Assembly: GCF_036588685.1 (NCBI RefSeq)
Contig: NC_086378.1
Span: forward strand, 55,986,001 to 56,050,000
Reading direction: 5' to 3'
Origin: Mytilus trossulus
Taxonomy: Eukaryota
DNA: 64,000 nucleotides
Numbering within the stretch: position 1 is the stretch's first letter; each line of letters opens with the position of its first letter. Below, one piece after another: positions 52,251 to 64,000 of the stretch. Made by a program: the position numbers and the translations under genes. The notes below the pieces were generated by a model. That model had not been told where the DNA came from and did no database searches. It saw only the letters and a list, made by a program, of their open reading frames with translations.

Positions 52251-55200
52251 TTTTTGTATTCTTAATCCGTTTTTTGGGACATTTCGTCGTTATATTTGTT
52301 GCGATTGCAACTTCAAACGTATTATTGAAATTCATTCTTTTATACACTTTTGCAAACTACATTTTAAGTGTATCGACATATGATTCTTTCCTTTTAAAAA
52401 CAAAACCATTCTGTCTTATTTGCAATTTGTATTAAACAAAGTTTTACTTCATATTTCAATATTCCTCAAATTTTTGTGATGTTCAAAAATAAAATTAAAT
52501 GTCATACCACGCGGAGGACTACAGTTTGTTCAGCAATATCTCTAAAGCACACGCTTGTCTGTATGTTTTAAAACTAAAGTAAAGACAGTGGAGTATTTGT
52601 TAGCTTCTGTAAAACAAAACTATTTTATGGACATTCATATCACAGAGTGAAGTAACATCCAGTTCTTCATAATGGCGAAAATGCGATAGGCAAATAACTA
52701 TAGTTAGAAAGTATCAAATAGCTGGCTAATTTGTTTATCCCTATACGTATATCTACCTAGAATATAAGTAATCTAAAATATTCTACCCTTGACGTTCTCC
52801 TCTTTGATAAACTTCTTACAGCAACTCTTCTATTTCGGGAAATTGTAATCGTGAGTCTATTTGTTTTTGTTTTGTTTACACCAATTGATTAAAGAAGGAA
52901 CAAAATATAGTTGCAGTGTACTGAAATCAATTGCATTACACGAGTGACAACACATTTCGAAACATATAAACAGTAACACTTACACCTTACAAATATCATA
53001 AATGTTGAAAAAACGCCCACTAAACAGATTTTCATTTGCTTATAATATAATATAAGCATGTTATAACATTTTCTTACCTTTTGACTTTTTCAGTGTATTT
53101 TGTTCAAGAACGGTAATGCTGATGAAAGGATTTTGTTTCAAGGACCTCTTGGGAGAAAGTGTTTTCAAAATTCTATAATGGTGAATTAAATTTCATAGCA
53201 CTATCATATTTTTTTTTACTACAACCAATCAGCCGAGGTAACAATTAGCAGTCTGGAAGTCTTCTGTATCTCATGCTAATTAGCCAATTGTTTACTAATA
53301 TGATTTTTTTTATTTTCTCATTGATCCATGGGTCTGTTTCGTGTGTTAAATAACGTTTGATGTAAATAGACAAACTTTGATGTCCCTTTTTGCTATCATG
53401 ATTATATTTTGTTATTTTCATTTTGATTTACTTTTCAGGAAAAGGATGTCCAATAATTTCGGATTTGCAACATTAAGTTTTTAAATCTACGGACGAACAA
53501 AATGCGTATCTAGTCAATTTCTAGCTATATCATGTAATTATGTTTAAACTATATTGTGACAATTAAATTCATACAAAGCGAAAACTAAGGAAGATATTCA
53601 AAGAGCAATGTTATTAAACTAAAGACAGACACTATCGTGGCAAAAGGAGAAATAGTTATAATCAGAAACTGTAAGAATCGTATACACTCTAGAAGAAGCG
53701 AGACGGCTGCATTTCAGTGTAAATAAACTCCTCACAGATAACAGGATTAATTTTTGTATTTTCGCCAAACGCACGTTTCGTCTACAAAGACTCATCAGTT
53801 ACAACGTGTTTTTTACTCATGCATCACCTCAAATGCGAATTTACACACTGGTAAGTTTCACAATTGGCAAAATTACCGATGAGCTCTCTAGCTGTACTTG
53901 TTTCAATATAAAAGAACGCAAAAACATGACGCTGGTTAGTTGGGACTTGTATAGGTTAAACTATTTCAGTTAAATTGGTTTTGTTTTATTGAATATGATA
54001 TGAATATACTTTAATATACTCACCAAAAAAAAATTACATACTTTTACTAATATGGGATATCCTGACATCTTGAAGTATCGATGTTATATAGAAGTATCAT
54101 CTGTTTGTCATTATCAATGTACGATGTTAACATTTAAGCTTTACTTAGCTTTTATTCTTGTCAACGAGTTTAAAATTGAAATATTTCAATCTCTTATGCA
54201 ACATATGTCTGAGTTATGGGTAAAAAGTAAAAACACAAAAAATACTGAACTCCGAGGAAAATTCAAAAAGGAAGGTCCCAAATCAAATGGCAAAATCAAA
54301 AGTTCAAACACATCAAACGAATGGATAACAACTGTCATATTCCTGACTTGTTACAGGCATTTTCTTATGTAGAAAATGGTGGATTGAACCTGGTTATACA
54401 GCTAGCTAAACCTCTCACTTGTATGACAGTCGCATCAAATATCATTATATTGACAACGATGTGTGATCAAAACAAACAATTCAGGTAAAAATGACACAAA
54501 TAGGGATAAATAGTCTAATTCTGTAGGTCACATTCCTGAAAAGGGAACAGGATTGTAGTTACGACATAAGGAACATATCCGATATTATCTGTGCATTGGA
54601 TATTCCATAATGGTCAACCAACTCGTGATGTCGTCCGTAAAATTTAAAACATGATGATTTCAACTTCATTATTTGGAAATCTTGGTTTAAAAATGAAAAT
54701 TCACAATTGGGAAGCCGAAATCATCTCTTTTAAGTTGTAACTCCATATCATATTAATTTTATGAGTGTAATTTCAATTCTACATACCAAATATAGCCCAT
54801 ATTTTCATATCAGATATAAACCATGTACAGTGTATACAAATAGTTATAGTACATGTAGATTTATCTCCCCGATACAATTCACTCCTGTCATGAATAATAA
54901 TAACCTGGTATTTGTTTTATTGCACGTAGTGCTCAACACCGCAGTTTTGAATGTCACTAAGTTATAATTTGAGTTAAAAATTTATTTTGAGAATAATTGT
55001 ATTGTTATCAATAGACAATACATTTCTATATGTCAGGAAAAGGCGGCCATTTTTATGAAATTTGCACTAACTGTGATTCCGTATGAGTTAAACGTTTGTT
55101 TTATAGAAATCGCACGTGTTAAACTCCTCTTACAACAAAATATATTTAAATTTATGATATTAGAAATAATTTTACATGACCGATCTTAGTACCCTTTATG

Positions 55201-58177
55201 AATTTCATACCGTTTCAAGATTTTGCAATATACGTATATATAATCCAACTCTCTATTGTATAATGCATAATGCATATAAGTTCTTATAACGTTTTTTATA
55301 GTCAAAACGGCAGGTAGCATAAATGAACCAAAAACGTACGACAGAAGGATTAATTATATAGCATATTCGATAATCTGTTTCGAAATAACAAGCATTCAAA
55401 AGACTGTAACTAATTGATAGTACAAATGTGTGTATACATATATAGTACGCAACTAAAAACCAATATACAAAATGAAAGGTTTCTGTCCTTGCTTTTTTAG
55501 ATATAAGCTAATTTTGTCGGGAAATTGTCTTTTCTAGATTTTTATAATAAAAAAAAATAATTTAAAAAGCAAGAAAAGAACGAGTAAGCGGGAATTTTAA
55601 TTGACACTTACTGCTGGATAAAACTGGAGTATTTAAATCTTAGCAGTCATCAATAAGATCATCCTTAAAAGTACAACAAAGAAAAGAAGAATACACCGGG
55701 CATTTTATAATGACACCTACTGCTGGATAAAACCAGTGTAGCCCAAACTAAGCAGTCATCAAAACGAGACATGAGACCGTCCTTAAATCAATTAACTAGA
55801 TCATAATAAAAAATTAAGCATCATTAGAACATACAAGAATGTAAACAGTTTTGTTCATTGTTAACGGCCATTCGGTGATCTATAGTTTTTAATATCTATG
55901 ACATTTGATATCGTGTGGAGATTTGTCTCATCGGCAATCATACATTTCAAGAACTGCCTTTTTTATGAAAAAAACATAGTTATCATTTAAGATTTACATC
56001 TTTGTTTTTCTTTGAAAATAAAAGTATGTTTCATGATAATATTCTTCCAGTACACGTTTGGAAAATGCAGATAAACTAGCTGGCTTCTCATTTAAATGAA
56101 AAGAATGTACATTCATTTGTGAACATACCACGTGTCTCCAGTTACCAACTGTAAAATATTATTGTCCTTTTATTAGTTGCTTACACGAAATGAGACACCT
56201 TTAACAAAGTCCAAACTTTTAATTGATAATTTGATAAGAGTTTCTTGCTTCCTTATCAATTAAATCCCACACATATCAATATTACTGTATCAATATTTCA
56301 TAATCTATTCTATACTTTCTGCATAAGGTGTCATTTTTTCGATTATGTTAAAAGAAAAAAAATAACAAACCCAATTATTTCTTGAAATAGCATTCCATCT
56401 TAAGTCAAATGTCTTTGTAAATCAATTACTTTATTAATTGAAAGGTGAGGTTTCGAACTCTTCACTCCTTGTTCAGTTGTCAGTCATTATACATGTTATA
56501 CGTTCTTATCAAATATACCACAGGAAAAACCTGTACAAAGTCAGGACTATGCCAGATGTTTTCCACTTGTTTCGAAGATCGATAGCATTTGATTTTGTCA
56601 CTTGTCACGAAATGTCCACTTTTGAATGGTCTTTTAGTTCAGTTATACATTTTTAAAATACATACCAATCTTAGAAAATATAATATAAATATGCAATACC
56701 GTTATACCAATATAACACTTAGATTACAATTGATTCCCATGGGGTGCTTTGATATTCCTGATAAAACAAACATAAGATAAAACATTAAAATGACGATGAC
56801 AATAACTATGGATTACATTTGTAAATATCTCCGTTTCAAAGAAAATAAGAAGTTAAACAAAATACATCGATAGACAAAGTAACTTTGTCTTGTATTGTCA
56901 ATGCCTTTTTTTTTTTAAATGAACTGAGAAAGGTATTAATAAAGATTACATTCAAGTGAAATGTAGGCGACATCAAAAGCCATGCAAAACAAAATAAAAA
57001 ATGTACATTGTGCTTATTAGAATTTGAATTTTAATCAAAATCAACTAGATCTAAATACCATTACTTACAATGTATGACTTATAAAGTATTATGTATGGTA
57101 ATTGAAAAATGAGTCAAGCTTAAGCTAGGGTTTTGTTTACCAACTTTGTGAATTCGAACAGAAGTATCAGGTCTGTGTTGACATACACATTATTATTAAT
57201 ATGGTCATGATTAGGAGTTAACTGTTAGTAACACTTTAGATATTTCAAAATACTAAAGATTTTCTACCCTAAACAAGATAATCATAGCTCTATTGGGCAA
57301 AACTTCTAGAAAATATTTGTTCTCCGTGCTCTTCAACCTCGCGCTTTATTTCTCTTTTTTAAGTGAGTGTTTCAAAGACGTAACGCACGTCTGTCGTACA
57401 CAATTTCAACCTGGTATCTATGATGAGTGTATAGTGTAGTAAAAGTTAAATTTTTTACAGACCATTTTTTATAGATTATAGATTGCAAACAAGAATAAAA
57501 TTACAAGGCGATGGGTATTAATCAAAATGACGAATACACAATTGTTTTAAAGCTTTTTTATTTATGTCATCAATGATTTTTTTTCTAAAAGAAGTTTCTA
57601 CCATACTTAAGAAAGGGTTTATGTGAATAAGACAGTCAAACTTTCAAATACTATATATGTATATATATGTATTGTATAAAAAAAATAGAAAATGTCAAAG
57701 TTAAACACAAGCCATTAAAAAAAAGGACTGAGCTCTTTAAGGAAAACGAAAATTAAGCAACACGAAGCTTTATATCAGTCAGTAAAGTCAATCAGTATTG
57801 CTGACTTTTAAAGGTATATACAGAAATAAATTTCAGTGGTTGTCGTTTGTTTATGTGTTACATATTTGTTTTTCGTTCATTTTTTACATAAATAAGGCCG
57901 TTAGTGTTCTCGTTTGAATTGATTTACATTGTCTTATCGGGGCCTTTTATAACTGACTATGCGGTATGGGCTTTGCTCATTGTTGAAGGCCACAAGGTGA
58001 CCTATGGTTGTTAATGTTTGTGTCATTTTGGTCTTTTGTGGATAGTTGTCTCATTGGCAATCATACCACATCTTTTTTTCTATATTTAAAGCTTCCAGTT
58101 AATGAAAAAGTCAGAACACACTGATTAATTTAGAAATGGAATGAAACATCTTTCATCTAGACCGACGTGTGTACGTA

Positions 58178-58447
58178 AATAGTTATCAAAAGTACCAGGA
58201 TTATAATTTTATACGCCAGACGCGCGTTTCGTCTACATAAGACTCATCAGTGACGCTCAGATCAAAATAGTTAAAAAGCCAAATAAATACAAAGTTGAAG
58301 AGCATTGAGGATCCAAAATTCCAAAGTTGTGCCAAATATGGCTAAGGTAATCTACTCCTGGGGTAAGAAAATCCTTAGTTTTTCGAAAAATTTAAATTTT
58401 GTAAACAGAAAATTTATAAAAATTACCATATAATTGATATTCATGTA
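58178..58447 (-). mobile_element. Retrozyme / Penelope pLTR-like repeat unit carrying a hammerhead ribozyme
   Basis: Contains the intact HHR at 58213-58256. Related copies lie at ~3560-3757, ~17200-17400, ~20940-21160, ~38570-38668, ~38975-39242, ~53720-53800, ~57175-57430 and ~59950-60110. Confidence 0.75.
58213..58256 (-). ncRNA. Minimal type I hammerhead ribozyme (intact core)
   Basis: Reverse complement reads gcgtca-CTGATGA-gtc ttatgta gac-GAAA-cgcgcg-TC-tggcgt. All core nucleotides, stems I and II, a palindromic stem III and a GUC cleavage triplet are present. Confidence 0.85.
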
Positions 58448-60032
58448 ACAAAGGGAACCGCACAGGACAATCTATGGACAAGACAAAACATAAAGGTGGT
58501 CTAAATACATCGAATATAAGATCATAATTAACTTACTAATTATCTTGCGTTTTATCTAAATACTTTGTGAATCTTTCTGAAACAAACAGTAAATGAAAAT
58601 GTCTACAAAGCTATAAAAAAATAAGAGAAAAAAAAATGAATATAAGAAATTATTTTTATCTAAAACTGTACCATTCATCTTAGTAAAATTTCCTTAAATT
58701 TGTTTTTAGCTTTAAAGTCACGAAAATGTATTTTGATAATGAAAAAGCAAACCGTCTAAGTTTGTATCATTCACAGGCACGTGAAACATACCAAAGTTCA
58801 TAATCTAAACTTACAATTTAATAGTACTAAGATCGTGGTTTATTTCCATTAACGGTGATGCAAAGTGCGTACGTGCTCAAACCCATCACTCTTCGATATG
58901 AAAGATTTGCACAGTTGTAAATTCACACGCCAATTAATAAAATAAGAGATTAAACAAGACTGATATGTTTGTTTTTTGCAATTGATTATAATATAATGTC
59001 TGTAAATGGAATGTAGTCAATGAATCAGACATTTTATGAAATTGATACGTGATATGACAAGAGTATACTTTACCTGAATTCTAACATGAAGGTTCAATGA
59101 TATCAATTGTTAAATTACTTACGGTAAAGTTTAAACAATATTTTGTGAGATTCTTATTTCTCAAATTCCCTCATCCTATCATCTAGTTAACGTAAACATA
59201 TGTACCAAAATTTACAAAAAAGACACATCAATAACGACCGAATAAAACAAGTTATGTGGACAATTAAAACACATTGAAAAGCATTGGGGACCTAATTGAA
59301 ATTGAGAAAGGTATTGGTGAATGTGCCAAAGCGACAACCACCCGACCATAGAACAGACAACAGCCGCAGGCAACCAATGGGTCTTCAATGACTTCAATTA
59401 TTGCACCCATAGGTGTCTTTCAGCTGGCCCCTAAAAAAATGCATACTTGTACAGTGATAATGGACGTCATACTAAACTCCAAATTATACACAAGAAACTA
59501 AAATTAATAATCATACAAGACTAACAAAGGCCAGAGGCTCCTGACTTGGGACAGGCGCAAAATTGCGGCGGGGTTAAACATGTTTATGAGATCTCAACCC
59601 TAATTAGCCAAAAACAGCTACGCTAAACATAAGTAATTCAACAGATGAAATATTCTTTCTCGAAACAAGAGAATTGTAGGAAGTTGATTTTACTCTACAA
59701 ATCCAGAGAGAATCGAAGAAAAAAACATGGAACGACATCGAGGAAGACAACGTACACAACAAAGCAAATAGCTTTCAGATTTTTTTGTGATATTCAATTT
59801 TTTCGACATGTCACATACACAATTATTTGGCTAGCGTTAACAGTGGTAAATTTTATATCATATTGTTCAAACAAGCTTCAATAATGATGTCCCTAATACA
59901 GATTTTAAAATTTCAGATCACTTTAAAAAGAGCAATAGAAAATCAATACAGTAGCCGTATTTGGCACAACTTTTTGAAATATTGGGTCCTCTATGCTCTC
60001 TAACTTTGTATTTGTTTGGCTTTTTTATCTGA

Positions 60033-60075
60033 GCGTCACTGATGAGTCTTATGTGACGAAACGCGCGTCTGGCGT
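60033..60075 (+). ncRNA. Minimal type I hammerhead ribozyme (intact core)
   Basis: gcgtca-CTGATGA-gtc ttatgt gac-GAAA-cgcgcg-TC-tggcgt. Predicted cleavage after C60069. Confidence 0.85.
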
Positions 60076-60130
60076 ATTAAATTATAATCCTGGTACCTTT
60101 GATAACTATTCAATACAAAAACAAAAACAA

Positions 60131-61845
60131 CTAGATTTGCGATTGCAAGCAATAGCGGATGGCACCCTTCCCCTATTGCCAGGTGAGCTGTAGCCTTGGT
60201 AACGGCGGCCATTTTGGAAATTCCAAACTCAAAAGTCAAGTCTACATTAGCTGAGCAACATTTGTTTTAAGTTTCAATAAATTTGAAGCATTTTTGAAGT
60301 TTTTTGTATTTTTGCTGTTTCCATGGTAACGGCGGCCATTTTGAATATTCCAAAGTCAAACCCCCGCTGCAATTGTGTCCCTCCATAATCATATACAATC
60401 ATATACCATTTAATGCCTATTAAACATTAATGTTCTAGAATGTTCTGTGAAAATTCAAAGTTTTGATCTTTTTGCATTGTTTCCATGGTAACAAGAGATA
60501 TTTTGGAAATTCCAACGCCAAATTCCACATCTTCTAATGTTGCTCATCATTACTGAGAAGTTTCCTGAAGTTTGGAGCATTTTGAGAATTTCGAAATTTT
60601 TGGTGTTGTTCCCATGGCAACATAGTAGTTCCAATGAGTGCCAAAATCATCCAACACCTGTATATAGTGGGCACCTACATTGTATTAAAATATAATGATT
60701 CTGAGTTAAACAGTATCCAAATAGTTCACCAAAACAAAAAACTGGATTTTTTGACATTTGTTCCGTTTCCATGGTAACGGCAGCCATCTTGACGGTGCCA
60801 TACCCCACTGCTCTATAGAATGTTCTTGTCTACATTATGGTATAGTTCCATCAATATTGTTCAAGCCAATTCCGAGAAATAGTATGGACAAAAAAGTGTG
60901 GAAGAATAAATATAATAATAATAATAACTAGATTTGCGATTGCAAGCAATAGCGGATGGCACCCTTTCCCTATTGCCAGGTGAGCGGTAGCCATGGTAAC
61001 GGCGGCCATTTTGCAAATTCCAAACTCAAAAGTCAAGTCTACATTAGCTGAGCAACATTAGTTGTAAGTTTCAATAAATTTGAAGCATTTTGAAGTTTTT
61101 CGTATTTTTGCTGTTTCCATGGTAACGGCGGCCATTTTGAATATTCCAAAGTCAAACCCCCGCTGCAATTTTTTCCCTCCGCAATCATATCCCATGTAAT
61201 GTCTCTAGAATAAATTAAACATTGATGTTCTAGAATGTTCTGTGAAAATTCAAAGTTTTGACCTTTTTGCATTGTTTCCATGGTAACAACAGCGATTTTG
61301 GAAATTCCAACGCCAAATTCCACATCGTCCAATGTTGCTCATCGTTACTGTGAAGTTTCATTAAGTTTGGAACATTTTGAGATTTTAGAAATTTTTGGAG
61401 TAGTTTCCATGGCAACATAGTAGTTCCAATGAGTGCCAAAATCATCCAACACCTGTATATAGTGGGCACCTACATTGTATTAAAATATAATGATTCTGAG
61501 TTAAATAGTATCCAAATAGTTCACCAAAACAAAAAACGGGATTTTTTCACATTTGTTTCGTTTCCATGGTAACGGCAGCCATCTTGACGGTGCCATACCC
61601 CACTGCACTATAGAATATTCTTGTCTACATTATGGTATAGTTCCATCAATATTATTCAAGCCAATTCCGAGAAATAGAATGGACAAAAAAGTGTGGAAGA
61701 ATAAATATAATAATAATAAGAAAAAAAGAAACGAACAATAACAATATGTCACCCCAACTCCGTTGAGGGTGCCATAATAATAATAAGACAAAAAGAAACG
61801 AACAATAACAATATGTCACCCCAACTCCGTTGAGGGTGCCATAAT
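60131..61845 (-). mobile_element. Two nested Helentron-associated (HINE/DINE-1-like) non-autonomous elements
   Basis: Each copy on the - strand has, in order: subTIR atggcaccct with a 5' hairpin, a (TTA)n microsatellite, a core with repeated gtttccatggtaac motifs, subTIR agggtgccat, palindrome gctattgcttgcaatcgc, and a CTAG|TT 3' end. CTAG lies at 60131 and 60928 (797 bp apart). The 5' ends lie at ~61775 and ~61842. Confidence 0.8.
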
Positions 61846-62684
61846 GAACGGGATTTCTAGTTCGCGCTTTGATGCAAGAATTTATATAGTAATCAATGTT
61901 TTACATGGCATATTATTTTATCTCTATTTATTAAAATAAAGTTAGTCTACTAATGTTAAAATTACTTAAATCGGTAAGGAAAATACAAAAAAGAGGAAGC
62001 ACATTAAAAACTGAGTGAAACACATGAACCACAGAAGGAACGGAACATAGTACATCGAAAAGGTGTTAGCATCTATTTGTATGCATGCATCCGTCATGGG
62101 ATTCTGCAGTCAGTCAAAATGACCCATTTGAAAATGGGACGAACAATTAATGTTACAGATGAGATTACTAATATGATTAGAACTAAGACCACCACAACAT
62201 TTCACCAGTGAGTAAAGACTAAAGGCAACATAAGTGTACCACTTCTCATTAATTATAATTCGATTGAGCAACACAAATCTAATTAACAGGCTTCAACCGA
62301 GAAAAAACGTCAACTACATTTGTAAAAAGAAAACGACGGAACATCAGAAACACTGCACAACAAAAAAAAAAAAACACCAACAGACTATAGATAACAACTG
62401 CCGAATTCCGGACTTCATATAATTTTTGAAAAGCTGTTGATTTAAACCTGGTTTTATGCCTAGCAAAATCTCCCGTTCATACATATCATATAGGTCAACC
62501 AATCAGTTATAGCGACACATATTTAAAATAAAAAATTTCAGAAACATGAGTTACTTTTAAAGCCTACATTTTACGCAAAGAAGTACTAGTGACAACGTTG
62601 CACACACACATAAATCAATTAGCCGGATATTATATCGACCACTTTGAAATTTGATGACACAGTAGTATCGTTACTAGTGTAAAC

Positions 62685-62876
62685 TACTGTGGATTCATTT
62701 GTGGGTACCTATTTTCGTGGATTAAGAAAAAAATACAAATTCGTGATTATTTAATTTCGTGGTTTTGTCGAAGTCATTTTAAAAACATTTAAAAAAACAA
62801 AATTCGTTGAACATTAAATTCCGTTGTTAATCTGTACCCACGAAATGTATATACAACGAATATAATGAATCCAGTA
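62685..62876. mobile_element. Short TA-flanked MITE (Tc1/mariner-like ends)
   Basis: TA-ctgtggattcatt ... aatgaatccag-TA, with internal inverted gtgggtac/gtacccac. Confidence 0.6.
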
Positions 62877-64000
62877 TGGCATGTGAACCAAATTAATTTT
62901 GGTATATATTCCTAAATGAGACAGCATGCGACACAAACACCACAAATGACAGTTTAACATATTGACTGGCCTATTATATTACACACATATCATGAACTTT
63001 TTCAACAAAGTACGTCAATGGTAGCCAAAATTATAAAAACTACTCCGCTGAGGAAGTTAAACGGAAAGGATGAGGAGATCATACAAACCACGGCAGATGT
63101 CAACATGCATGTCAAATTCAGTCACCTAGTAAGTGGTTGTCTGTATGTATGTATCTGTCATGTCATTTTAAGACTTTTATATTCATGATATTGGTTAATC
63201 GGTGTCAGTAAATCGCAACTTTTACATGTTTTGTAAACCTCGGACGAGCGTTAATGCTTATGGTTTTGACAACCATCTATTAATTAACGACTCATTTTGC
63301 ACTCTATAAGTGTTGTCTTGCACTAATATGTTATAAGATAAATTTAAAAATTAGTCAAACTTTTGGAAGATACTTAACTATCAGTGAAGAAAATCAGCAG
63401 GAACATATATCATTTGACAATACGCAAACATAATATGATAATAAAATATATTTGATTATGTATAAGTTTACAAAATTGTTATTTACACTTTCTGGTGAAT
63501 GTTAAAAATGGATAATATCATACAGTCAGAAAACACCAGGATTTTTTTTATTAAGAAGAAAAGCAGTAGTACCTTTACAGCGCGTTTTTATACAATGATA
63601 CTCTCAAAGGCCAAATATAGTACCTTATTACTTTGATATTACTTACTTATAACCTTCTAAAACAAATACGCTTAGTCAGAACTTTAAAAAGAACCCATAC
63701 TGATTTCTATAATATATAGTATTGGTGCTGATGTAGGTTAGTTAATTTAGTCGTATATCTAATAGAAGTCAAATTAAAGTTATTATCATAACATTATAAA
63801 ATAGATGAACAGGTATTTTTTATTTTTGCGAGATTAAAAGTTTTTAATAGATTATATCTTTTTGATTAATTTATAGACGATAGCTTTGATCTCTCGATTG
63901 TTATCTTTCAATTATGTAGATATATTAGATATAACGTAACTAAAGTAAAATAAACTTTTTTCCTGGTTCGCACGGAAGTAGTATCAAATGTTAATTGAAT

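Noticed and set aside
55600-55790. ~109-bp two-copy tandem duplication (also a 26-bp duplication at ~35124-35175)
   Set aside because: These are ordinary local duplications with no coding or structural signal.
59993-61741. Cluster of short ORFs with SKMAAVT motifs
   Set aside because: They are translations of the internal repeats of the non-coding HINE elements.

Overview
AT-rich, intron-containing animal genomic DNA. The repeat landscape suggests a bivalve mollusc, probably Mytilus; this is inferred from recalled repeat families, not from a search. Most ORFs in the supplied track are noise or artefacts of a 33-bp satellite. Splicing by eye recovers three gene models on the + strand. (1) A complete 6-exon, short-prodomain caspase-3/7-like gene (10957-19888) with an atypical catalytic pentapeptide QSCRM, a remodelled specificity region and two possible 3' ends. 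(2) An intact 5-exon secreted C-type lectin with QPD/WND motifs (33421-36166). (3) Its pseudogenised tandem paralogue (~23380-27816), inside a ~9-10 kb tandem duplication. The rest is mobile DNA. It includes a 33-bp satellite with a ~1.6-kb higher-order repeat, split by a foldback-like element with an 8-bp TSD, and a Helentron-type (HINE) element nested in a copy of itself. There are also several retrozyme/Penelope-type repeats carrying minimal hammerhead ribozymes (two intact), Penelope RT relics, MITEs, a SINE, and a short poly(A) retro-insertion with an intact TSD. A possible micro-exon transcript on the - strand (47.8-59.1 kb) is speculative.
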